NCBI GenBank assembly: GCA_036006885.1
Contig: DASYPG010000622.1
Span: 1-44,443, forward strand
DNA length: 44,443 nt
Direction: 5' to 3'
DNA from: Burkholderiales bacterium
GTDB lineage: Bacteria > Pseudomonadota > Gammaproteobacteria > Burkholderiales > SG8-39
In this document: positions 16,818 to 25,536 of the stretch, piece after piece
Numbering within the stretch: position 1 is the first letter of the stretch
Layout: each line of letters opens with the position of its first letter
The notes under the pieces: model-generated
What the model saw: the letters and a program-made list of their open reading frames with translations, nothing else
Told to the model about the DNA's origin: nothing
The model's database searches: none
Position numbers and translations under genes: made by a program

Positions 16818-18048
16818 GCGCATCGTCATCGTCGGCGCCGGGCAGGCGGGGGGCCGCGCCGCCGAGGCGTTGCGCGCGGCCGGGAATGTCGGCGAGATCG
16901 TGCTCTTCGGCGAAGAGCGCCACCGGCCCTACGAGCGGCCGCGGCTCTCGAAGAGCGTGCTCGCCGGCGAGGAGCCCGCCGCGACCGCGAGCATGCATCC
17001 GCAGGAGTGGTACGCCGCGCACGGCATCACGCTGCGCACGCAGCTGCGCGTCGAGGCCATCGCGCCGAAGAGCCGCGCGGTGATCACCGCCGATGGCGAG
17101 CGCCTCGAATATTCGAAGCTTCTGCTGTGCACCGGCAGCCGCGTGCGGCCGCTCCCGGGGGCGCCGGACGTCGCCGGCGTCCATTACCTGCGCACGGTGG
17201 AAGAGAGCGAGCGTCTCGCCGGGGGATTGCAGCCGGGCCGGCGCCTGGTGGTCATCGGCGGCGGCTTCATCGGGCTGGAGGTCGCCTCCAGCGCGCTCAA
17301 ACGCGGGCTCGAGGTCACGGTGGTGGAACGCCAGCGCGCGCTCCTCGACCGCGTGCTGCCGGGCCAGATCGCCGCGCGGGTCGCTGCGCTTCATAGCGCG
17401 CAGGGCGTGAAGCTGCGGCTCGGCGCGCCGGTCGAGCGGATTCAGGCAAACGGCTCGGGCAACGGTGGCGTGAAGTCGGTCGAGCTCGCCGACGGCACGC
17501 AGCTCGCGGCCGATATCGTGGTGATCGGCGTCGGCATCATCCCGAACACCGAGCTCGCCGAAACCGCGGGCGCCGCCTCCAACGACGGCATCGTGGTCGA
17601 CGAGCACTGCCGCACCACGCTCGAGGACATCTACGCGGCGGGCGACTGCACCAACCACTACAACCCGATCCTCGGGCGCCGCGTGCGGCTCGAGTCCTGG
17701 CAGAACGCGCAGAACCAGGCGATCGCAGCGGCCCACAATATGGCCGGCAAGCCGCGGTCCTACGCCGAGGTGCCGTGGTTCTGGTCCGACCAGCTCGGCA
17801 CCAACATCCAGATGGTCGGCGTCGCCGAGCCCGGGATGGACATCGTGTGGCGCGGCGAGCGCCTGGCCTTCGGGCTGCTCGACGGCCGCCTGCGCCTCGC
17901 CCTCGGGTTCAATATGGGCGGCGAGATCCGCTTCGCGCGGCGCCTGATCGAGGCGCGCGCTCAGGTTTCAGCCCGGCGCCTGGCCGATGCCGCGGTCGGG
18001 CTCAGGGACCTTCTCACGGAGGCGACATGTTCAGCGTCAACACCGTAA
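16810..18048 (+). CDS. FAD-dependent NAD(P)H:ferredoxin reductase (pyridine nucleotide-disulfide oxidoreductase family)
   Basis: FAD motif IVIVGAGQAGGRAAEAL, NAD motif LVVIGGGFIGLEVAS, and PYERPRLSK. 8-nt overlap with the ferredoxin gene. Confidence 0.9.
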   Translation: MAERIVIVGAGQAGGRAAEALRAAGNVGEIVLFGEERHRPYERPRLSKSVLAGEEPAATASMHPQEWYAAHGITLRTQLRVEAIAPKSRAVITADGERLEYSKLLLCTGSRVRPLPGAPDVAGVHYLRTVEESERLAGGLQPGRRLVVIGGGFIGLEVASSALKRGLEVTVVERQRALLDRVLPGQIAARVAALHSAQGVKLRLGAPVERIQANGSGNGGVKSVELADGTQLAADIVVIGVGIIPNTELAETAGAASNDGIVVDEHCRTTLEDIYAAGDCTNHYNPILGRRVRLESWQNAQNQAIAAAHNMAGKPRSYAEVPWFWSDQLGTNIQMVGVAEPGMDIVWRGERLAFGLLDGRLRLALGFNMGGEIRFARRLIEARAQVSARRLADAAVGLRDLLTEATCSASTP

Positions 18049-19322
18049 TCCACCAGCCGGGCAGCTTCGCCAAGGAGCAGCTCGACGAGTCGTTCGAGTA
18101 CAAGTGGCCCGAGGGCGGGCTGCAGTACATCCCGGACTGGGTCTACACCAGCCCGGCGATCTACCAGCGCGAGATCGAGCGCATCTTCCACGGCGCGACG
18201 TGGAATTTCGTCGCGCTCGAAGCCGAGATCGCCAATCCCGGCGACTACAAGCGCTCCTACGTCGGGCCGACGCCGGTGGTGGTCGCGCGCGACACCGATG
18301 GCAGCGTGCACGTGTTCGAGAACCGCTGCGCGCACCGCGGCGCGGAGTTCTGCCGTGCGCAGCGCGGCAACACCAAGGAATTCGTCTGTCCCTACCACCA
18401 GTGGACCTACGACCTGAAGGGCAACCTGCAGGGCGTGCCGTTCAAGCGCGGCATCAAGGGCGAGGGCGGCGGCATGCCGAAGGAGTTCAGGAACGAGGAG
18501 CACGGCCTCTTTAAGTTCAACGTGACGACGCTGCACGGCGTGGTGTTCGCCTCGTTTTCCAAAGACGTGGAGCCGATCGAGCAGTACCTCGGGCCCGAGA
18601 TCCTCAGGGACTTCGAGGTGGTCTTCAAAGGCCGCAAGCTCAGGATCCTCGGCTACTACCGCAACGAATTGCCGGGCAACTGGAAGCTCTACCACGAGAA
18701 CCTGAAAGACCCCTACCACGCCACGCTGCTGCATTCCTTTCTCGTCACCTTCGGCCTGATGGTCGCGGGCAGCAAGAACGGCATGATCGCCGACGCGAAG
18801 GGCCGCCACGGCACGCTCGCGTCCGCCAAGCCCGAGAACGTAGCCGAGGCGGTCGGCGCGGTGAAGGGCGAGATGCGCGCCTATCGCGAGGACTTCAAGC
18901 TCGCCGACGGCCGCTTCCTGCAGTACGTGCGCGAGTTCGACTCGCCGTGGTCGGTCACCATGCAGACCATCTGGCCGAACCTGATCGTGCAGCGCGAGCT
19001 GAACACGCTGGGCGTGCGCCACATCGTGCCGAACGGACCGCACAGCCAGATCATGCTGTGGACCATGTTCGGCTACGACACCGACGACGAGGAAATGGTG
19101 CGCCATCGCCTGCGCCAGGGAAATCTCATGGGTCCCTCCGGCTTCCTCGGGCTGGAAGACAACGAGGCCATCAAGTTCGTGCAGGAAGGGCTGCGCCGCT
19201 CGCCGTCCGACAAGGGCGTGGTCAAGCTGGGCGGCACCACGCAGGGCACGACGCACGCGGTGATCGACGAGGCGGCGATCCGCGGAATGTACGCCTACTA
19301 CCGCAAAGAAATGGGCCTTTGA
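18027..19322 (+). CDS. Rieske non-heme iron oxygenase alpha subunit (salicylate-5-hydroxylase/NagG-like by eye)
   Basis: Rieske CAHRGAEF...CPYHQW. Mononuclear iron motif ENLKDPYHATLLH. GGAGG lies 6 nt upstream of the ATG at 18027. Confidence 0.9.
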   Translation: MFSVNTVIHQPGSFAKEQLDESFEYKWPEGGLQYIPDWVYTSPAIYQREIERIFHGATWNFVALEAEIANPGDYKRSYVGPTPVVVARDTDGSVHVFENRCAHRGAEFCRAQRGNTKEFVCPYHQWTYDLKGNLQGVPFKRGIKGEGGGMPKEFRNEEHGLFKFNVTTLHGVVFASFSKDVEPIEQYLGPEILRDFEVVFKGRKLRILGYYRNELPGNWKLYHENLKDPYHATLLHSFLVTFGLMVAGSKNGMIADAKGRHGTLASAKPENVAEAVGAVKGEMRAYREDFKLADGRFLQYVREFDSPWSVTMQTIWPNLIVQRELNTLGVRHIVPNGPHSQIMLWTMFGYDTDDEEMVRHRLRQGNLMGPSGFLGLEDNEAIKFVQEGLRRSPSDKGVVKLGGTTQGTTHAVIDEAAIRGMYAYYRKEMGL

Positions 19323-19831
19323 TGTATCCGGGCTACGAGATGGCGCCGCCGGATCCGCGCACCACGCGCGAGCTGCGCCTGGAGATCGAGGAATTCCACG
19401 CCGCGTATTGCTGGACGCTCGATTGCGGCGATGTCGAGCACTGGCCCGAGTACTTCACCGAGGACGCCGTGTACCGCATCACTGCGCGCGAGAATGCCGA
19501 CGCCGGCCTGCCGGTGGGCCTGGTTTACGCCGATTCCAGGGCGATGATCCGCGACCGCGCCTTCGCGCTCAAGCACACGCAGATGTATGCGCCGCGCACG
19601 CTGCAGCACCTGGTGACCAATGTACGGGTGCTGCAAGCCAAGGGCGACGCGATCAAGGCGCAGTCGAACTACCTGCTGCTGCAGACGCTGGTCGACGGTC
19701 CGACCACGATCCAGCAGTCGGGGCGCTATTACGACACCTTCGTGCGCAAAGGCGGCAAGCTCCTGCTGAAAGAGCGCCAGTGCATTTACGACACCGTGCT
19801 GATCGCCAACGACCTGGTGCTGCCGGTCTAG
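19322..19831 (+). CDS. Ring-hydroxylating oxygenase beta subunit (SnoaL/NTF2-like)
   Basis: 169 aa. TGATG junction with the alpha subunit. EIEEFHAAYCWTLDCGDVEHWPEYFTEDAVYRI is typical of beta subunits. Confidence 0.85.
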   Translation: MYPGYEMAPPDPRTTRELRLEIEEFHAAYCWTLDCGDVEHWPEYFTEDAVYRITARENADAGLPVGLVYADSRAMIRDRAFALKHTQMYAPRTLQHLVTNVRVLQAKGDAIKAQSNYLLLQTLVDGPTTIQQSGRYYDTFVRKGGKLLLKERQCIYDTVLIANDLVLPV

Positions 19832-19851
19832 CCGGCCAAGGAGGATTTGCC

Positions 19852-20343
19852 ATGCCTGTCGCCCGCCATCCGCTGCCAGCCGAGCTGGCCGGCGTCCCGC
19901 TCAAGGAGCTGCTGCGCCGGCACGTCGGGCGCTTTCGCGACAAGAAACCCGACTGGAGCGCGTTCGATGACGCGAAGATCGAGGGCTACAAGCGCGCCCA
20001 GCACCGCTTCATCGGCGGCGGCGGGTCCGGCAAGCACGACGATCCCAGCGTCATCCCGGCGCGCGGCTTCACGCTCTCGATCATGTACGTGAAGCCGGGC
20101 CAGGGAAATGCCGCGCATACCCACGAGGTGGAGGAGTGCTTCTTCGTGCGGGAGGGGATGCTCACCGTGTTCGTCGAGGACGAGCACGGCAATCGCGAGC
20201 AGACGCGCCTTTCCGAGTGGGAGTGCATCGCGTGCCCGCCGGGTGTGATCCACGGCTACGTGAACGACAGCCTGGAGCCGGTGTACTTCCATGCGGACGA
20301 GCAGCTCTATGCAAGGCGCGACGCGCACTTGAAGGCCGGGTGA
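19852..20343 (+). CDS. Single-domain cupin metalloprotein
   Basis: Cupin motif 1 PGQGNAAHTHEVEE, motif 2 CPPGVIHGYVN. AGGAGG RBS. Confidence 0.8.
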   Translation: MPVARHPLPAELAGVPLKELLRRHVGRFRDKKPDWSAFDDAKIEGYKRAQHRFIGGGGSGKHDDPSVIPARGFTLSIMYVKPGQGNAAHTHEVEECFFVREGMLTVFVEDEHGNREQTRLSEWECIACPPGVIHGYVNDSLEPVYFHADEQLYARRDAHLKAG

Positions 20344-22691
20344 CCAGGTTCGTCGGACAATCGGTGCTGCGGCGGGAAGACGACCGCCTGCTCTGCGGCG
20401 GCGGGCAGTACGTCGCCGACCTGCAGCTGCCGCGGATGCTGCACGCGGTGTTCGTGCGCAGTCCCGTGGCGCATGCGCGCATCCGCTCGGTCGACAAGTC
20501 GCGCGCGCAGCAGGCGCCGGGCGTGGTGCTGGTGCTCGACGGCAGCGAGCTGCAGGCGGCGCTGCCGCCGGTGCGCGACAACCAGCTGCCGCTGCCCGGT
20601 AAATGGAAAGCCGCGATCGAGCATCGCATCCTCAATCCGCGACAGCCGCTGCTCGCGGTGGACAAGGTGCGCCACGTCGGCGAGGCGCTCGCGGTGGTGG
20701 TGGCCGAGTCGCCGGCCGAGGCAGAGGACGCCGCGGAGCGGGTTGCGGTCGAGTACGAGGATCTGCCGGCGGTGGTCGATCCCGAAGCCGCGCTGAAGCC
20801 GGGCTCGGCGCTGGTTCACGAGCGGCTGCAGACCAATGAGATCGGCTGGTTCGCGGTGCGCAAAGGCGATGCCGGGCGCGCATTGGCGGGCGCGCCGCAC
20901 CGCATCCGGCGCCGCTTCGCGCATCACCGCTATGCTGCGATGCCGATGGAATGCCGCGGTGTCGCCGCCGACTACGACCGGCGCACCGGCAGCTACACGG
21001 TCTGGTCCTCGACACAGGTCGTGCACTGGGTGCAGCGCGAGACCGCCACGACGCTCGGCGTCCCCGAAGCGCGGGTGCGCTGCATCGCGCCGGACGTGGG
21101 CGGCGGCTTCGGCCTGAAGGGCCACGTCTATCCCGAAGACATGCTGCTGCCGTTCCTCGCGCGGCGCGTCGCGCGGCCGGTGCGCTGGCTGGAAACCCGG
21201 CGTGAGCACCTGAGCTGCTCGTGCCATTCGCGCGACCAGCTGCACGATGCGGAGATCGGCTTCGACGGCGAGGGACGCATCCTCGCGTTGCAGGACCGTT
21301 TCACTGTCGACTGCGGCGCATGGAATCCGCTCGGCGTGGCGGTCGTGTACAACACCGCGGCGCATCTGTGCGGGCCTTACCGCATCGCCCACCTCGACAT
21401 CGAAGCTCGCGTGGCGGCCACCAACAAGGTACCGAATGCGCCCTATCGCGGCGCCGGACGCCCGGAGGCCACGCAGGTCATGGAGCGGCTGGTGGACCTC
21501 GTGGCGCGCGAGCTCGGCCTGGAGCCGGCGGAAGTTCGCCGCCGCAACATGGTGGCCGCTCACGAGATGCCGTTTGCGCTCGGCATTCCTTATCGGGACG
21601 GCGAGCCGGTGGTTTACGACAGCGGTGACTATCCCGCGGCGCTGGCAAAGGCGCTCGATGCCCTGGGGGGCCTGGAGCCATTCCGGCGGCGCCAGCGCGA
21701 GGCGCGCGCGCAGGGCCGCTATCTCGGGCTCGGCCTGGGCTGCTATACCGAAGGCACCGGGGTGGGCCCGTTCGAAGGCGCCACGGTGCGCATCGACGGC
21801 TCGGGGAAGATCTGCGTGTTCTCCGGCGCGGCCGCACAGGGGCAGGGGATGGAAACCGTCTTCGCCCAGATCGCGGCCGACGCCTGGAGCGTGACGCCCG
21901 ACGACGTAGCGGTGGTGCTGGGCGACAGCGCTGCGATCCCGATGGGCTTCGGCACGCTCGCGAGCCGCTCCACGGTCAACGTCTCGGCTGCGATCCGGCA
22001 GGCGAGCGACAAGCTGCGCGAAAAGGCCTTCGCCATCGCCGGCCACCTGCTGGAATGCGCCGCCGCCGACCTGGAGCTGCGCAACGGCGCGGTCGGCGTT
22101 GCCGGGGTCCCGGGCGCGCAGGTCTCGCTCGCCCAGCTGGCGCACGCTTCGCGTCCCGGCTGGGACCACCGCCGCCCGAGCGGCGTCGACGCCGGCCTGG
22201 AAGAGACCCACTACTACGAGCCGCCAACCGTCACCTGGGCCTACGCCACCCACGCGGCCATTGTCGAGGTCGACGTCGAGACCGGCCGCGTGAAAATCGA
22301 GCGCTACGTGGTGGCGCATGACTGTGGCGTGCTGGTGAACCCGATGCTGGCCGACGGCCAGGTGGTCGGCGGCGTGGTGCAGGGCGTCGGCGGCGCGCTC
22401 GCGGAGGCGATCGCCTACGACGCGCACGGCCAGCTCCTCAGCGGCACGTTGATGGACTACGCGATGCCGATCGCCACCGACGTCCCCGGCATCGAGCTGG
22501 TGCACCTGCAGACGCCCTCGCCGCTCAACCCGCTGGGCGTCAAGGGACTGGGCGAAGGCGGCGCGATCGCGCCGCCGGTGACGCTCGCCAACGCGGTGTG
22601 CGACGCGCTTTCGCCGTTCGGCATCGAGCTCAACGAGACCCCGATCCGGCCGGAAAAACTGATGCGGAATCTTTCGTCATGCCAGCGCTGA
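20340..22691 (+). CDS. Molybdopterin-dependent hydroxylase large subunit (xanthine dehydrogenase/CoxL family), copy 1, with no adjacent S/M subunits
   Basis: 783 aa. GTGA overlap with the cupin stop. PDVGGGFGLKG, APYRGAGRPEA, C-terminal VKGLGEGGAIAPP. Confidence 0.9.
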   Translation: MTRFVGQSVLRREDDRLLCGGGQYVADLQLPRMLHAVFVRSPVAHARIRSVDKSRAQQAPGVVLVLDGSELQAALPPVRDNQLPLPGKWKAAIEHRILNPRQPLLAVDKVRHVGEALAVVVAESPAEAEDAAERVAVEYEDLPAVVDPEAALKPGSALVHERLQTNEIGWFAVRKGDAGRALAGAPHRIRRRFAHHRYAAMPMECRGVAADYDRRTGSYTVWSSTQVVHWVQRETATTLGVPEARVRCIAPDVGGGFGLKGHVYPEDMLLPFLARRVARPVRWLETRREHLSCSCHSRDQLHDAEIGFDGEGRILALQDRFTVDCGAWNPLGVAVVYNTAAHLCGPYRIAHLDIEARVAATNKVPNAPYRGAGRPEATQVMERLVDLVARELGLEPAEVRRRNMVAAHEMPFALGIPYRDGEPVVYDSGDYPAALAKALDALGGLEPFRRRQREARAQGRYLGLGLGCYTEGTGVGPFEGATVRIDGSGKICVFSGAAAQGQGMETVFAQIAADAWSVTPDDVAVVLGDSAAIPMGFGTLASRSTVNVSAAIRQASDKLREKAFAIAGHLLECAAADLELRNGAVGVAGVPGAQVSLAQLAHASRPGWDHRRPSGVDAGLEETHYYEPPTVTWAYATHAAIVEVDVETGRVKIERYVVAHDCGVLVNPMLADGQVVGGVVQGVGGALAEAIAYDAHGQLLSGTLMDYAMPIATDVPGIELVHLQTPSPLNPLGVKGLGEGGAIAPPVTLANAVCDALSPFGIELNETPIRPEKLMRNLSSCQR

Positions 22692-22708
22692 GCAGGGAGG
22701 TGAGGTAA

Positions 22709-24082
22709 ATGGCGATCCACGTAAAGTGCGGCACGCTCTTCACCGGCAGCGAGGATGCCGAACGCAGCCGGCAGACCTTGATCGTCGACGCCCACGGCCG
22801 GCTCGCCCATGTCGGGCCCACCGACCGCGCGCCCCCTGCCGCCGAAGGCGACGAGGTGCTGGATTACGCGGATCTGTTCGTGATGCCGGGGCTGCACGAC
22901 GTGCACACCCACCTCGCCTACGGCAACGCCAAGACCGAGGAGGACATCGATCTCTACCAGCCGATGGAGTTCCGCGCGCTGCGCGGCCTGTTCTTCGCGC
23001 AGAAGTGCCTGTCGGCCGGCTACACCTCGATCTGTGCGCCGGGCGACGCCGGGCAGATCAGCCTCTCGGTGCGCAATGCGATCAACTTCGGCCTGTTCGA
23101 CGGGCCGCGTGTCACCGCGGCCGGACGCTATCTCACCACGCGGCAGGGCCTCACCGACTGGTATCCGACCTGGATCGGCGTGCCCGACACCTCGATCGGC
23201 CGCCTGGTGACGAGCCGCGACGAGTCGATCGAGGAAATCCGTGTGCAGGTGAAGAACGGGGTCGACTGCATCAAGGTCGCCTTGGACGGCGTGCAGCGCC
23301 GCCCGGACGGCGAGCTGATCGCCGCTTTCAACCAGGAGGAGATCGACGCCATCGTGCGCGAGGCGCATCGCCTCGGGCGCAAGGTGGTGGTGCACGCGCG
23401 CGGCCGGGAGGCCACGCTCTACGCCGCGCGCGCGGGCGCCGACCTCATCTTCCACGCCTACTACCTCGACCAGGAATGCATCGACGCCATGCTCGAGAGC
23501 GGCTCGACGATCGGGCCGACGCTCACCTTCCCGAGGAACATCGTCGATTTCACCCGTCCCAGCGAGCCGGCGTTCCTCAAGGGGCGCATCGGCGACGTGC
23601 AGCGCGAGTACCAGACCGCGTGCGACAACCTGCGCAAGGCGCGCCACGCCGGCATCCCGATGATGACCGGCAGCGACTCGGGCTTCGCGGTCACGCCTTA
23701 CGGCGAATGGCATGCGCGCGAGATCGAGATCTTCGTCAACGACCTCGGCTTCACCCCGGCGCAGGCGCTGCGCGCGGCGACGCAGGTCACCGCGGGGTTC
23801 ATGGCCAAGGGCACTTCGCTCGGCGTGCTCGAGCCAGGGCGTGCCGCCGACTTCATCGCGCTGGCCGGCTCGCCGCTGAAGAACGTCGCCCTGCTGCAGG
23901 ACAAGAAGCGCATCCGGCATGTGCACCTCGCCGGCAAGCGCATCGAGCTGCCCGATCGTCCCTACGACCCGCGCGAGGTGACCGACCAGGCGTGGACCAA
24001 CTGGAACGACCTGTATACCCAGTCGCGGGTGGCCGAGCTCGGCATCCTGCCCGAACGCAAAACGTGCGCCGTTTCGCCCTGA
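22709..24082 (+). CDS. Metal-dependent amidohydrolase-superfamily protein
   Basis: MPGLHDVHTHLAYG (HxH), VVVHARG, TGSDSGF (catalytic Asp region). GGGAGGTGAGG RBS. Confidence 0.85.
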   Translation: MAIHVKCGTLFTGSEDAERSRQTLIVDAHGRLAHVGPTDRAPPAAEGDEVLDYADLFVMPGLHDVHTHLAYGNAKTEEDIDLYQPMEFRALRGLFFAQKCLSAGYTSICAPGDAGQISLSVRNAINFGLFDGPRVTAAGRYLTTRQGLTDWYPTWIGVPDTSIGRLVTSRDESIEEIRVQVKNGVDCIKVALDGVQRRPDGELIAAFNQEEIDAIVREAHRLGRKVVVHARGREATLYAARAGADLIFHAYYLDQECIDAMLESGSTIGPTLTFPRNIVDFTRPSEPAFLKGRIGDVQREYQTACDNLRKARHAGIPMMTGSDSGFAVTPYGEWHAREIEIFVNDLGFTPAQALRAATQVTAGFMAKGTSLGVLEPGRAADFIALAGSPLKNVALLQDKKRIRHVHLAGKRIELPDRPYDPREVTDQAWTNWNDLYTQSRVAELGILPERKTCAVSP

Positions 24083-24834
24083 TCGGCTATGGCGCAATTG
24101 CCGAAGAGATGGTGCGCTGCCTCGGCACGCTGGACGAAATGCCGGCGCTCGCCGGCGTGCTGGTGCGCCGGGAACGGCAGGCCGGGCTGGCGGGCAGGTT
24201 CGCCGTCGTGAGCGACGTCGACGCCTTGATGGCGCTTCACCCCGAAGTGGTCGCCGAGTGCGCCGGCCATGACGCGGTGAGCGAGTTCGGCGCGCGGGTG
24301 CTCGAGCGCGGTGCGCACCTCCTGTGCGCCTCGGTCGGCGCGCTGGCCGCGCCGGGCCTCGCGTCGCGGTTGGCGCGAGCAGCAGTGGCGGGCGCACAGA
24401 TCCTGATTCCCTCGGGCGCCATCGCGGGCGTCGACGGGCTGCTCGCCGCGCGCAGCGCCGGACTGCAGCGCGTCACCTACACCTCCATCAAGCCGCCGGC
24501 GGCGTGGGCGGGCATGCCGGCGGACCGGCGCGAGGTGTTCTTCGAAGGCAGCGCGCGCCAAGCGGCGCTGCGCTACCCGCAGAACGCCAACGTGGGAGCG
24601 ACCGTGGCCTTTGCCGGGCTCGGGCTCGATCGCACCCGGGTGCGGCTGGTGTCGGACCCGCAGGCGAGCGGGCCGCTCGGGATCATCGAGGCCGAGGGCG
24701 ACTTCGGCCGCATGCGCTTCGAGATCCTGGCCTACGCGTCGCGCAACCCGAAGACCTCGACGCTGACTGCGCACAGCATGGTGATGGCGCTGCGCGAAGG
24801 CATGGCCTTCGCGCTGCCGCCTCAGGACGCGTAG
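24064..24834 (+). CDS. Aspartate dehydrogenase-like (NadX/DUF108 family) NAD(P)-dependent dehydrogenase
   Basis: GTG start. RFALIGYGAIAEEM Rossmann start, SGAIAGVDGL and PQNANVGATVA blocks typical of the family. 19-nt overlap with the amidohydrolase. Confidence 0.7.
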   Translation: MRRFALIGYGAIAEEMVRCLGTLDEMPALAGVLVRRERQAGLAGRFAVVSDVDALMALHPEVVAECAGHDAVSEFGARVLERGAHLLCASVGALAAPGLASRLARAAVAGAQILIPSGAIAGVDGLLAARSAGLQRVTYTSIKPPAAWAGMPADRREVFFEGSARQAALRYPQNANVGATVAFAGLGLDRTRVRLVSDPQASGPLGIIEAEGDFGRMRFEILAYASRNPKTSTLTAHSMVMALREGMAFALPPQDA

Positions 24835-25487
24835 ATGATCACGCCCATCGCCGTGGGATTGAAGCCGTTGCAGGGATTGCGCTCCTGCGGACAATTCGAG
24901 ATGCCGACCACCAGGTCCATCTCCGCGCGGAGGTCATAGTGATCGCCCGGCTTGCTGGTCGGCTCGCGGATCTCCATATTGCCGCGCTCGTCGACCTCGA
25001 CGCGCATGAAGGGCACGAAGGCGTCGGGAATGCGGCGCGCGCTGAACCCCCAGTCCTTCAGCGCCATGGCGAAATTGTCGCGGCAGTTTCGCGTGCCGGC
25101 GACGCCATAGCGGACGCGGTTGACCTCCTCGCTGCACATCGGCCCGTAGGCATAGCTGAGCTCGTTCGAGTAGCCGGTGATCGTCATCATGGGGTTGCAG
25201 ATCACCGAGTACAGCACGTTACCCTTCACCAGCTCGCGCCGCTTGTTGATGAGCAGGCTGTTGCCCATGCTGAGCTCTTCGCTCAGGTCGCGCTGGTTGA
25301 AGCACACGAGGTCGGGGACCTGCTTGCCCTCCATGTCGACGAAGCGCAGGCTCTCGCCCTCCTTCATGGTGAGCGCCGCGTATTCGCGCGCGGGGATGAC
25401 GAACTCGCGCAGCACCTTGCCGGGCAGCGGATGGGTGCGCAGCACCTCGCGCGCGCGCGCTTCGCGCGCAAGCAATTCTTTAGACAT
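24822..25487 (-). CDS. DUF1989 (urea-carboxylase-associated family) protein
   Basis: MSKELLAREARAREVLRTHPLPGKVLREFVIPAREYAALTMKEGESLRFVDMEGKQVPDLVCFN... fits my recollection of the family pattern. The ORF extension to 25691 is unlikely. Confidence 0.75.
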   Translation of the reverse strand: MSKELLAREARAREVLRTHPLPGKVLREFVIPAREYAALTMKEGESLRFVDMEGKQVPDLVCFNQRDLSEELSMGNSLLINKRRELVKGNVLYSVICNPMMTITGYSNELSYAYGPMCSEEVNRVRYGVAGTRNCRDNFAMALKDWGFSARRIPDAFVPFMRVEVDERGNMEIREPTSKPGDHYDLRAEMDLVVGISNCPQERNPCNGFNPTAMGVIIYAS

Positions 25488-25536
25488 GGCCGGCATTCTA
25501 TTAGAGTTGTCCAACGCAGGTTCTTGGGAGAGAGCG

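Noticed and set aside
20307-22505. 732-aa minus-strand ORF opposite large-subunit copy 1. Similar ORFs occur at 32455-34653 (minus), 38830-41106 (plus), 41107-42195, 41973-42854 and 43317-44183 (plus) opposite copies 2-4.
   Set aside because: All are Arg/Ala/Asp/His-rich shadows of genes that have clear family motifs on the other strand. They contain no recognisable domains.
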